Origin: Eledone cirrhosa
Taxonomy: Eukaryota
Length of the DNA stretch: 64,000 nucleotides
Direction: 5' to 3'
NCBI GenBank assembly: GCA_964016885.1
Contig: OZ024755.1
Coordinates: forward strand, 38,750,001-38,814,000
The stretch's first letter is position 1. Every line of letters starts with the position of its first letter. The translations under genes and the position numbers were made by a program. A model generated the notes under the pieces. The model was not told where the DNA came from. It was given only the letters and a program-made list of their open reading frames with translations, and ran no database searches. Shown in pieces: positions 34,806-46,900 of this stretch.

Positions 34806-35902
34806 TGGTGTAAGGTGTGTGGGCGGTGGTAGAGGTGTGTGGGCGGTGGTAGAGGTGTGTGGGCCGTGGTAGAGGTGTGTGGGCGGTGTTAGAGGTGTGT
34901 GGGTGGTGGTAGAGGTGTGTGGGCGGTGGTAGAGGTGTGTGGGCCGTGGTAGAGGTGTGTGGGCCGTGGTAGAGGTGTGTGGGCGGTGGTAGAGGTGTGT
35001 GGGCGGTGGTAGAGGTGTGTGGGTGGTGGTAGAGGTGTGTGGGCGGTGGTAGAGGTGTGTGGGCGGTGGTAGAGGTGTGTGGGCGGTAGTAGAGGTGTGT
35101 GGGCGGTAGTAGAGGTGTGTGGGCGGTGGTAGAGGTGTGTTGCTGGTAGTAGAGGTGTGTGGGCGGTAGTAGAGGTGGGCGGTGGTAGATGTGTGCGGCG
35201 GTGGTAGAGGTGTGTGGGTGGTAGCAGGTGTGGGTGGTGGTAGAGATGTGTGGCTGGTAGTAGAGGTGTGTGGGCGGTAGTAGAAGCGTGTGTGGGTGGT
35301 AGTAGAGGTGTGTGGGTGGTAGTAGAGGCGTGTAGGTCGTGGTAGAGGTGTATGGGTGGTAGTAGAGGTGCGTGCGTGGTAGTAGAGTTGTGTGGGTGGT
35401 AATAGAGGTGCGTGGGTGGTAGTAGCGGTGCGTGGGTGGTAGTAGCGGTGCGTGGGTGGTAGTAGAGGTGTGTGCGTGGTAGTAGAGGTTGTAGTGGTGG
35501 TTGTGTTAGTAGTAGTGGTGGTTGTGTTAGTAGTAGTGGTGGTTGTATTAGTAGTAGTGGTAATGGTGGTAGTGTTAGTTGTAGTGGTAAAGGTGGTTGT
35601 ATTAGTAGTAGTGGTAATGGTGGTAGTGTTAGTTGTAGTGGTAAAGGTGGTTGTGTTAGTAGTAGTGGTAAAGGTGGTAGTGTTAGTAGTAGTAGTGGTT
35701 GTGTTAGTAGTAGTGGTTGTAGTGTTAGTAGTAGTGGTAATGGTTGTAGTGTTAGTAGTAGTGGTGGTTGTATTAGTAGTAGTGGTAATGGTTGTAGTGT
35801 TAGTAGTAGTGGTGGTTGTATTAGTAGTAGTGGTAATGGTGGTAGTGTTAGTAGTAGTGGTAATGGTGATAGTGTTAGTAGTAGTAGTAGTAGTGGTTGT
35901 AT

Positions 35903-35933
<31 letters not shown>

Positions 35934-35990
35934 TGTGTTAGTAGTAGTGGTAATGGTGGTAGTGGTAGTAATGACAGTGGTAGTGGTAAT
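34806..35990. repeat. 20-bp G-rich minisatellite grading into (AGT/GGT)n
   Basis: agaggtgtgtgggcggtggt units followed by trinucleotide-based repeats. Confidence 0.95.
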
Positions 35991-36077
35991 CTCTCCCCTG
36001 CCCCATCTCTCCTCTCCTGCTTCTTCCCCTCTCCTCTCTCCCATTCTCCTACCCACTCCTCTTTCTTCTTTCCCTTT

Positions 36078-36885
36078 AACTTATTCCAGAGAAGGGCAGA
36101 CTCCTCAGACACTCCCTCCAGGGGGTCCCGTCAGAAGCAACCATCTCCAACTGATCCAGCCAGATCCCCAAGCGAAACCAGCCAAGCTCATGGATGTTAT
36201 CCAACCATCTTGCTCGGGGTCTACCTCTGGGTCTCCTGCCAGTTAGTTTTGCCCGTAAAATTAATCCAGTGATTCTTTCCCGTGTCATTCTAACCACATG
36301 GCCATAGTATCGGAGCTGTGATCTCTCAATTGGGAGAAGTAGCGGCTCTTCCTGGAGTGACTCTCCAGTGATTCTTTCCTGAGACATTCTAACCACATGT
36401 CCATAGTATCAGAGCTGTGATCTCTCAATTCGGGGAAGTAGCAGCTCTATCTGGAGTGACTCTCCAGTGATTCTTTCCCGTGACATTCTAACCACATGCC
36501 CATAGTATCAGAACTGTGATCTCTCAATTCGGGGAAGTAGCAGCTCTATCTGGAGTGACTCTCCAGTGATTCTTTCCCGTGACATTCTAACCACATGCCC
36601 ATAGTATCAGAACTGTGATCTCTCAATTCGGGGAAGTAGCAGCTCTACCTGGAGTGACTCCAGTGATTCTTTCCCGTGACATTCTAACCACATGACCATA
36701 GTATCAGAGCTGTGATCTCTCAATTCGGGGAAGTAGCAGCTCTATCTGGAGTGACTCTCCAGTGATTCTTTCCTGAGACATTCTAACCTCATGCCTGTAG
36801 TATCAGAGCTGTGATCTCTCAATTCGGAGAAGTAGCAGCTCTTCCTGGAATGACTCTCTGATCTCAAAGCTACGCATTCTATCGA
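36078..36885 (-). mobile_element. RTE-clade LINE 3' fragment with a 99-bp coding segment amplified six times
   Basis: IERSQLRYYGHVVRM...GRRPRGRPRARWLDNI (typical RTE C-terminus); units start at 36266, 36365, 36464, 36563, 36660, 36759. Confidence 0.88.
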
Positions 36886-37626
36886 GTAACGTTGCACCAA
36901 AAGCCGTTCGGAGGAACTCCGTTTCGGTCCCTTGTATTCGCGATCGTATTCTTTTGATGAGTCCAATATTCTCCCTTCTATGCTAAAAAATTGCTTCACC
37001 TCCTCCAATTCGTTAATATTCCATCTGTGACTCCTTAAATCTATGTGGCAACCATTTTCCGGCTCTTTCTTACACACACTGTAACATTTCTCTTCTCTCT
37101 CACATTAAACATTTTTCCTGCTCTGACATCTATAACCTATAACTATATCAAACACAAACACAAACACCGTAATCATTCTTTGCTGCCATGAAGTTAATAA
37201 TTTATTTCCTTGCTTCTGTAAACATTCAATAACATATCTACAATTTTTAATAATTTCTCCTATTTAACCGCCATAATCAAAATAATCACAGTTCAATGAT
37301 CCGAATTAATTATGTAATTTCTATAAATTCACTTCACTAAAGTTATTTAAATATTCGAGTATATTCTTTCAATCCCCGCAACAATAATTCAACAAGGTAC
37401 TCCTAGAAAGGGAAAAAGAAAAATCCTTATTTTCATCGATTTTTCATAATTTCGATTAATATTTCAACAAAAGTCTGCGATCTAATTATTATTTTTTTTA
37501 TTTCACAGTTAATTAATTTAATCCTTAAATATTTATTCTGCAGTTTTGTAAGATATTTTAAAGAAGTATTTCAATTCCATTCTAACTACTTAATAGCTTC
37601 CTTTCTTCTTAGTTTCTTCTCTGGAA

Positions 37627-37775
37627 ATTATTTGTTTCTACTTTAGGCACAAGGCCAGCAATTACCCAGTTCATTACTGGTACTTTATTTTATCGACCCC
37701 GTAAGGATGAAAGGCAAAGTCAACCTCGGCGGGATTTGAACCCAGATCGTAAAGGGACGTAACTATGCTGGAAAG
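37627..37775 (-). mobile_element. tRNA-derived SINE
   Basis: Same family as 9865-10012. Confidence 0.85.
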
Positions 37776-37777
37776 CA

Positions 37778-39050
37778 CACCTCTTCCACACACAGCTCCC
37801 TCACTCTCACCCTCTCTTCCACACACAGCTCCCTCACTCTCCCCTTCTCTTCCACACACAGCTCCCTCACTCTCACTCTCACATTCTCTTCCACACACAG
37901 CTCTCTCACTCTCTCTTACACACACAGCTGCCCCACTCTCACCTCTTCCACACACAGCTCTCTCACTCTCACCTTCTCTCTTTACCCGCTCCCCCTCTCT
38001 CTTTACCTCCTCCTCTCTCTCTCTTCTTAACTCATCTTCTCTCTCTTTTTACCCCCTCCCCTCTCTCATTTATGTCCTTTTGGTCAATTTCAAATTTTTA
38101 GCTTTCATTTTCTTTCTGTCACACACACACACACAGACATATACACGTACATATACACACACAGACATATACACGTACATACACACACAAACACACACAG
38201 ACATATACATACAGACATATACACGTACATACACACACAGACATATACACGTACACACACACAGACATACACGTACATATACACACACAGATATATACAC
38301 GTACATACACACAGACATATACACGTACATACACACACACACACACAGACATATACACGTACATATACACACACAGACACAGACATATACACGTACATAT
38401 ATACACACATACATACACACGTACATATACACGTACATATACACACACAGACACACACACATACACATACACACAGACACACACATATATACAGACACAG
38501 AGACACACATTCACACATACAGACATTCATACATGCCATCTCACACACACACACACATATACACACACATTGTTGCATAATCTCACTCCCTCTCTTACTC
38601 CCCCACCTATCATTTTCTCACTCCCTCTCACCTCCTCTCTTTCTCCCGTACACAACTCCCTCGCTTTCTCACCTCCTCCTCCCCCCCCCTACCTATCACT
38701 TTCTCCCTCCCCCTCTATCTCTCCCGCATACAACCCCCACCTATCATTTTCTCACTACCCCTCACTCTCTCTCGCACACATCCCCCCACCTATCCTTTTC
38801 TCACTCCCTCTCACCTACTCTCCGGCACACAACACCCCACCTATCACTCCCTTTCTTTCTCTCCCGCACACAACACCCCACCTATCACTCCCTTTCTTTC
38901 TCTCCCGCACACAACACCCCACCTATCACTCCCTTTCTTTCTCTCCCGCACACAACACCCCACCTATCACTCCCTTTCTTTCTCTCCCGCACACAACACC
39001 CCACCTATCACTCCCTTTCTTTCTCTCTCGCACACAGCCCTCTCTCTCTC
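37778..39050. repeat. CT/CA-rich mini- and microsatellite block
   Basis: ~30-bp ctcttccacacacagctccctcactctc units, (CA/TA) tract, ~40-bp cacacaacaccccacctatcactccctttctttctctccc units. Confidence 0.9.
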
Positions 39051-39379
39051 TATATATTTCTACCTTGTTATATACTCAACTTTCCTTCCAGCTAATAATT
39101 TCAACACGTAGAAAGCCACTCTTTCCTTCCATAATGACGCCCCAAGATTTACACACTTCGTTAGTTTCTTTAATATCTTAATTGCAGTGAATTTACTAAA
39201 GTTCCGCTGCAGATTTTTTCTCGCATTTTAATTCAATCTTCTTAACTATTATAATTTGGCCTGTAAATATGAAATGAATCTTAATTTGCAGCATTTATTT
39301 TATTTAGACATATTTTCTTTTATTTATCATTTTGAATATATTCCTACTTTTTCTTAAAATGGATTCGTCTTTCACACAC

Positions 39380-39510
39380 GTGTGACTAACTGGTTAAGTT
39401 GTTGGAGCCACGACTCCGAGGCCGTGGGTTTGATTCCAGGACCGGGCGGTACAGTGTGCTCTTGGACAAGACCTTTCATTTCCAGTGGCTTCAGTTCACT
39501 CAGCTGCAGC
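39380..39510 (+). mobile_element. Second tRNA-like SINE family
   Basis: A-box-like tggttaag, B-box-like ggtttgattcc, then gtgctcttggacaagac; related minus-strand copy at ~55620-55750 with gagttcgattccc. Confidence 0.6.
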
Positions 39511-39706
39511 AGCAACAACAACAACAACAGCAGTTGGAGATTATTAACCTCTACAACAGACTAGCGTCCGGTCCATGGAATTGTTTGTTCATGATATAAC
39601 AGGTGCCCTTAAAACAGCTGAGTATCCTCTGAAATATAATCTGGTAGGAGGCCAGCTAAACCTACATTAGTGTGGACTGCAACAACAGCAAGAACACACA
39701 CACAGA

Positions 39707-39756
<50 letters not shown>

Positions 39757-39894
39757 CACAGACATACACACACACACATACACACGCGGGCACATCGAAT
39801 CTCTAGTTTTCACACACAAACATCGTGCAACACTACACACCAAATTCAAATTTCACGAATCCCCAATTAACAATAATGCATACACAACATTGTG

Positions 39895-40330
39895 AATTGG
39901 CAGTATCGGTAGAGGGTCGGACACCATGCTTTGCAGCAAAGAGTTACGGCTCTTTATGGTCTGAGTTCAAATCCTGCCAAGGTTAACTTTGCCTTTCATC
40001 CTTACAGGGTCGATAAAATAAAGTACCAGTAATGTACTGAGTAATTGCTGGCCTTGTGCCAAAAGTAGAAACAATTATTTTTAGTATAAAGGGCGGTGGA
40101 TTGTCAGTATCTGTAGAAGTTCGGACGCCATGATAGGGTGGTAGATTGTCAGTATCGGTAGACGGTCGGACGCCATGTTTTCCAGCATAGAGTTACGCCC
40201 CTTTATGATCTGAGTTCAAATCCCGCCGAGGTTAACTTTGCCTTTCATCCTTACGGGGTCGATAAAATAAAGTACCAGTAATACAGTGGGATAGTTGCGG
40301 CCTTGTGTCAAAAGTAGAAACAATTATTTT
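39895..40330 (+). mobile_element. Two tandem SINE copies
   Basis: ctgagttcaaatcc...cgataaaataaagtaccag...aaagtagaaacaattattttt occurs twice; the second has a duplicated 5' head. Confidence 0.88.
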
Positions 40331-42509
40331 TAGTATAATATAAATATTAAAATCCTTACTTTAATACTACAAATGTCGACCAAGGTCTGTCCGTAAGTAA
40401 AGATACTATAAACGTGAATTAACAAACCCGTTTTATAGATGTTATCAGATAAGGCATTGCTGAAGTTGAGATCTGAAATCCCTGAAAATTTACAATCTAC
40501 AAAGTTAACATCTCAGTTAAATAATATTTAAATTTAGTTTAAAAAAAGAACATCGTATGGAATAGAAAAAGCCCCTCACTACTACTTGATAAATATATTT
40601 CTTACATTTTATTGGGAAGAATAAAAGACAAAAGATTAAAATGACATATCTTTCAATTACAATTTGAAATAAAAATAGTTAGCTTTGGGCATGTGAATAT
40701 AATTACATGTTTTTGAAATGAATCATTAGTAGAAAGTTTATTTCCATTTATAAAAGAAGAAATAGGTAACGTTTTAGGTAATTGGTTTCTATTTGTCGTT
40801 TAATCGCTTGTAAGAAAATATAAATACCGAAGGCTTTGTTAGAAAATAAAGTTTAGAAAAATGGATTTAGTAGTGAGTGTATCAGCTAACAGATTACTAG
40901 TTCTTATCCTTTCACCGTGTCTGTGGTGTTATAACCACGGCAAAGATACATAATGTTCGGGTAATTATGGACAGTAAAGTAGTAACAACTCACTAGTCTA
41001 ATAAACACCCAGTCCTTATAGGGAAACAAGTTGGTGAGGGACGAGATCTACCACACTGCATTAGATGGCAGGTTGTTTTAGTTAACCCAACGACACATTG
41101 AAGTGCAGAAATAATTAAAATGTTAACCCTAAAACTGCAAGCCACAAATTCTACTCAAATCATTCAATTCTTGGACAAGGTGGCACATTGTTTTCTTGAG
41201 CAAGTCCCTTCATTTCATGCTGCTTCAGTTCACTCCGCCGAAACAAGAATAAGTACAAGCAGCAGTTGGAGGTTAACCTCTAGAACAGTATGTAACATAG
41301 TGTTCATGAACAGACAACTCCGTGTTGTCTGTTCATGATATGACAGGTGCCCCTATTATCAAAACAGCTGAGTATCCTCCTATGAAATATAATTTGGTAG
41401 GAGGCCAGCTAAACCTACATTAGTGTGGGCTGCAACAACAATCACAGACTCACACATACACACATACACACACACACACACCACACATACACACGCACAC
41501 ACATACACACATACACAGACACACACACACACACATACTTACACACATACATACATACATACACGAGCACATCGAACCATTAGATTTTCACACACACACA
41601 CACACACACGGGGGGGGGGGGGGGGGGGCGGTCAAGTCTACACATCAAATTCAAATTCTAAATTTCAGACTTAATTTTCCATGTCCTGCACCACATGAAA
41701 CCGCAGTAGTAAAACATTCTTAAAAAGTACAAAACTGCAACATGACTGCATCACAATTAAGCTAAGGATTTGGCAGAAAAGTGGGAGTTATGGTCAGTAA
41801 TGTTATTATCCTGGGTTGGATTTAAATATATGACAATGGAAGAAGATGTACAAAATTGGACAGTATAACGAGGCAGAGACAATTAAAGGATTTGTGCTGA
41901 ATCACTGTGCAGAATCAGTGAAGATCTTATAATTTCAATACGATCATTGGAAATACTGACATCCAACCCAGTTCTGGGGCTTAGTTTGGATTCTTTTGTA
42001 GTGAAAGACATGGAATCCACGTGGAATACAACAGAAAGATATTTACACTAACATTACTAGTCTGAAGAAAGTATATGACTATTTCAAAGCAAACTCTCGT
42101 AACAACGAGAGTGTGAGAGCAAGAATCGAGCACGCCACGACTTCGTCCAGATTCTTAATGGAAGATCAATCCCCTTACATACCTAACAATTCTCATGATT
42201 ACTGGAATTCATTCTGAAATAATCCTAATATTGCTCTGCTCAATATCTCTTAGGATCTTATTATAACAAAAGCCGCAAAATAATTCATAACAACAGATTA
42301 GCTAAGGTGTCACCCTTTCCATCGAATCATCATAAAATCCTACCCCTTCAATGTTATCCTTCCCAGATAAAATATTGTCCACTATTAAAGACACTCGGTC
42401 CTTTTGTCATAATTTCTATATTGAGTGTTTTATTAAAAAAATATGGATTTTCTCTGGACTTTTATTTAATTCATATCATTATATGTTGATTAAGAAAATA
42501 TAATTGCTA

Positions 42510-42705
42510 TCCGTCAGTTACAACGACGATTGGTCAAGTTAGTTCAATCAACGGAACAACCTGCTCATGAAATTAACATGCAAGTGGCTGAGCATTCCAC
42601 ATACACGTGTAGTACCTTTAACGTGGTTCTCAGGGAGATTCAGCGTGACACAGAATGTGACAAACCTAGTCCTTCGAATTAGAGGTAGAACTCATTCTTG
42701 CTAGC
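42510..42705. mobile_element. Probable SINE-like interspersed repeat fragment
   Basis: atcaacggaacaacctgctcatgaaattaacatgcaagtggctgagcattccac...ttctcagggagattcagcgtgacacagaatgtgacaa resembles, from recall only, a common octopus repeat. Confidence 0.45.
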
Positions 42706-42799
42706 TTACAAAGCAACAATCTGGTGTGAGCAAGAAATTGGGGCCGTACTCATGTATACCTGACAGTAGCATGAACTGTGAGTTAGAAATGTGGCCCCA

Positions 42800-43250
42800 A
42801 ATCATGCATGATTGATGGACAACAGCATCAACTGAGAGCGAGGAGTTGGGCCCCTACTCCTGTATAACTGATGGGCAACAACATCAGCTGAGAGCGAGGA
42901 GTTGGGCCCCTACTCCTGTATAACTGATGGGCAACAACATCAGCTGAGAACAAGGGATTGGGTAACAGCATCAACTGTGTGCAAGGAATTTGGGCCCCTA
43001 CTCATGTATAACTGATGGACAGCGCATCATCTGTGAACAAGGAATTAGACAGTTATAACAACTGTAAACAAATAATTTTGCAGCAATATCCACTTTGAAT
43101 AAGTAATTGGGGCCTCCACACATGCATAACTGTACAAGAACATCTCTCGAACAAGGAATTGGGGGTCTCCGCACACGCATAACTGTACAGGAACATCTCT
43201 CGAACAAGGAATTGGGGCCCCACACATGCATAACTGTACAAAAATATCTC
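42800..43250. repeat. Diverged ~46-56 bp tandem repeat
   Basis: Recurrent aggaattggggcccc...cat(g)tataactg. Confidence 0.8.
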
Positions 43251-43994
43251 TCAATAAAACAATGGAAATAAACGTTTTAAATGAAGTACAAAAACATACA
43301 ATGTTGGAAAAAAGAGAACTCAATCATCTTTACAATAAAAGAAACACGATTGAATTAAATTTAAGTCGTACCTAGTTTAACTTTAGCAAATATTTTCTAT
43401 CGTTTAGATTGTATCTCTATTATGAACGGAAACATAGCACGGTTTCTGTTCAACCTTAATTTTACAGTTTCACACATCTTCTAATATAAAATAATGTCTC
43501 AATGAAAATTGACGTTTATTTCAGGAATTAAAAAGTTAACATTTTATGGGTTTTCAGTTGTTTTCTCATTCTTTATAGTCTCTAATTAATCAAAAATGCA
43601 TTCCAGAATGTGACAGTTGACTAATTGAGTTTATTGAACAGTATTGTCTTACACTACTACCCGCACTGCTCTTCAGGAAATATTGTGGTTGGTGTTGTAT
43701 TAGATTTTGGACATTATTTCTCTTCATATGATAGAGGAGGAGGAAGAAGGAGAGTTTTAATAACTATTTCAGCCCCTCTCGGACAATTGAAGCTGATGCA
43801 TTCCTAAATCTGTACAGGAATGGCTGCAGGGACATGGAGATGTAATGGGAACCAAGGACCCTAAAACGAAATATTCTAATACACTGAACACCTCTAAATG
43901 CCCTCAGTAATAAAATTGTTACCATCTATTGATTGACTTCAACAGATGTGATTGAAATGATAGATATAGAGCGTTTCGTTTGCTTGGGAGAGGA

Positions 43995-46900
43995 TGTTGT
44001 GTGGTGTGTGTAATGTAAGTAGCGTTAGTTCTGTTGTGTGGTGTGTGTATTGTGAGTAGTGTAAGTTCTGTTGTATGGTGTGTGTAATGTAAGTAGCGTT
44101 AGTTCTGTTGTGTGGTGTGTGTAATGTAAGTAGCGTTAGTTCTGTTGTGTGGTGTGTGTATTGTGAGTAGTGTTAGTTCTGTTGTATGATGTGTGAAGTG
44201 TAAGTAGTGTTAGTTCTGTTGTGTGGTGTGTGTCATGTAAGTAGTGTTAGTTCTGTTGTGTGGTGTGTGTATTGTGAGTAGTGTAAGTTCTGTTGTATGG
44301 TGTGTGTAATGTAAGTAGCGTTAGTTCTGTTGTGTGGTGTGTGTCATGTAAGTAGTGTTAGTTCTGTTGTGTGATGTGTGTAATGTAAATAGTGTTAGTT
44401 CTGTTGTGTGGTGTGTGTCATGTAAGTAGTGTTAGTTCTGTTGTGTGGTGTGTGAAGTGTAAGTAGTGTTAGTTCTGTTGTGTGGTGTGTGTCATGTAAG
44501 TAGCGTTAGTTCTGTTGTGTGGTGTGTGTCATGTAAGTAGCGTTAGTTCTGTTGTGTGGTGTGTGTCATGTAAGTAGTGTTAGTTCTGTTGTGTGGTGTG
44601 TGTATTGTGAGTAGTGTAAGTTCTGTTGTGTGGTGTGTGTCATGTAAGTAGTGTTAGTTCTGTTGTGTGGTGTGTGTATTGTGAGTAGTGTAAGTTCTGT
44701 TGTGTGGTGTGTGTAATGTGAGTAGTGTAAGTTCTGTTGTGTGGTGTGTGTCATGTAAGTAGTGTTAGTTCTGTTGTGTGGTGTGTGTATTGTGAGTAGT
44801 GTAAGTTCTGTTGTGTGGTGTGTGTAATGTAAGTAGTGTTAGTTCTGTTGTGTGGTGTGTGTAATGTAAATAGTGTTAGTTCTGTTGTGTGGTGTGTGAA
44901 GTGTAAGTAGTGTTAGTTCTGTTGTGTGGTGTGTGTAATGTAACTAGTGTTAGTTCTGTTGTGTGGTGTGTGTAATGTAAGTAGTGTTAGTTCTGTTGTG
45001 TGGTGTGTGTAATGTAAGTAGTGTTAGTTCTGTTGTGTGGTGTGTGTAATGTAAGTAGTGTTAGTTCTGTTGTGTGATGTGTGTAATGTAAGTAGTATTA
45101 GCTCTGTTGTGTGGTGTGTAATGTAAGTAGTGTTAGTTCTGTTGTGTGGTGTGCGTAATGTAAGTAGTGTTAGTTCTGTTGTGTGGTGTGTGTGTAATGT
45201 AAGTAGTGTTAGTTCTGTTGTGTGGTGTGCGTAATGTAAATAGTGTTAGTTCTGTTGTGTGGTGTGTGTGTAATGTAAGTAGTGTTAGTTCTGTTGTGTG
45301 GTGAGTGTAATGTAAGTAGTGTTAGTTCTGTTGTGTGGTGTGTGTGTAATGTAAGTAGTGTTAGTTCTGTTGTGTGGTGTGTGTAATGTAAGTAGTGTTA
45401 TTCTGTTGTGTGATGTGTGTAATGTAAATAGTGTTAGTTCTGTTGTGTGGTGTGTTTAATGTAAATAGTGTTAGTTCTGTTGTGTGGTGTGTGTAATGTA
45501 AGCAGTGTTAGTTCTGTTGTGTGGTGTGTGAAGTGTAAGTAGTGTTAGTTCTGTTGTGTGGTGTGTGAAGTGTAAGTAGTGTTAGTTCTGTTGTGTGGTG
45601 TGTGTAATGTAAATAGTGTTAGTTCTGTTGTATGATGTGTGAAGTGTAAGTAGTGTTAGTTCTGTTGTGTGGTGTGTTTAATGTAAATAGTGTTAGTTCT
45701 GTTGTGTGGTGTGTGTAATGTAAGTAGTGTTAGTTCTGTTGTGTGGTGTGTGAAGTGTAAGTAGTGTTAGTTCTGTTGTGTGGTGTGTGAAGTGTAAGTA
45801 GTGTTAGTTCTGTTGTGTGGTGTGTGTAATGTAAGTAGTGTTAGTTCTGTTGTGTGATGTGTGTAATGTAAATAGTGTTAGTTCTGTTGTGTGGTGTGTG
45901 AAGTGTAAGTAGTGTTAGTTCTGTTGTGTGGTGTGTGTAATGTAAGTAGTGTTAGTTCTGTTGTGTGATGTGTGTAATGTAAATAGTGTTAGTTCTGTTG
46001 TGTGGTGTGTGAAGTGTAAGTAGTGTTAGTTCTGTTGTGTGGTGTGTGTAATGTAAGTAGTGTTAGTTCTGTTGTGTGGTGTGTGTAATGTAAGTAGTGT
46101 TAGTTCTGTTGTGTGGTGTGTGTAATGTAAGTAGTGTTAGTTCTGTTGTGTGGTGTGTGTAATGTAAGTAGTGTTAGTTCTGTTGTGTGATGTGTGTAAT
46201 GTAAATAGTGTTAGTTCTGTTGTGTGGTGTGTGAAGTGTAAGTAGTGTTAGTTCTGTTGTGTGGTGTGTGTAATGTAAGTAGTGTTAGTTCTGTTGTGTG
46301 GTGTGTGTAATGTAAGTAGTGTTAGTTCTGTTGTGTGGTGTGTGTAATGTAAGTAGTGTTAGTTCTGTTGTGTGGTGTGTGTAATGTAAGTAGTGTTAGT
46401 TCTGTTGTGTGGTGTGTGTAATGTAAGTAGTGTTAGTTCTGTTGTGTGATGTGTGTAATGTAAGTAGTATTAGCTCTGTTGTGTGGTGTGTAATGTAAGT
46501 AGTGTTAGTTCTGTTGTGTGGTGTGCGTAATGTAAGTAGTGTTAGTTCTGTTGTGTGGTGTGTGTGTAATGTAAGTAGTGTTAGTTCTGTTGTGTGGTGT
46601 GCGTAATGTAAATAGTGTTAGTTCTGTTGTGTGGTGTGTGTGTAATGTAAGTAGTGTTAGTTCTGTTGTGTGGTGAGTGTAATGTAAGTAGTGTTAGTTC
46701 TGTTGTGTGGTGTGTGTGTAATGTAAGTAGTGTTAGTTCTGTTGTGTGGTGTGTGTAATGTAAGTAGTGTTATTCTGTTGTGTGATGTGTGTAATGTAAA
46801 TAGTGTTAGTTCTGTTGTGTGGTGTGTTTAATGTAAATAGTGTTAGTTCTGTTGTGTGGTGTGTGTAATGTAAGCAGTGTTAGTTCTGTTGTGTGGTGTG

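Noticed and set aside
39950-40230. tRNA genes suggested by B-box sequences
   Set aside because: No cloverleaf; these are SINE heads attached to a repeated body
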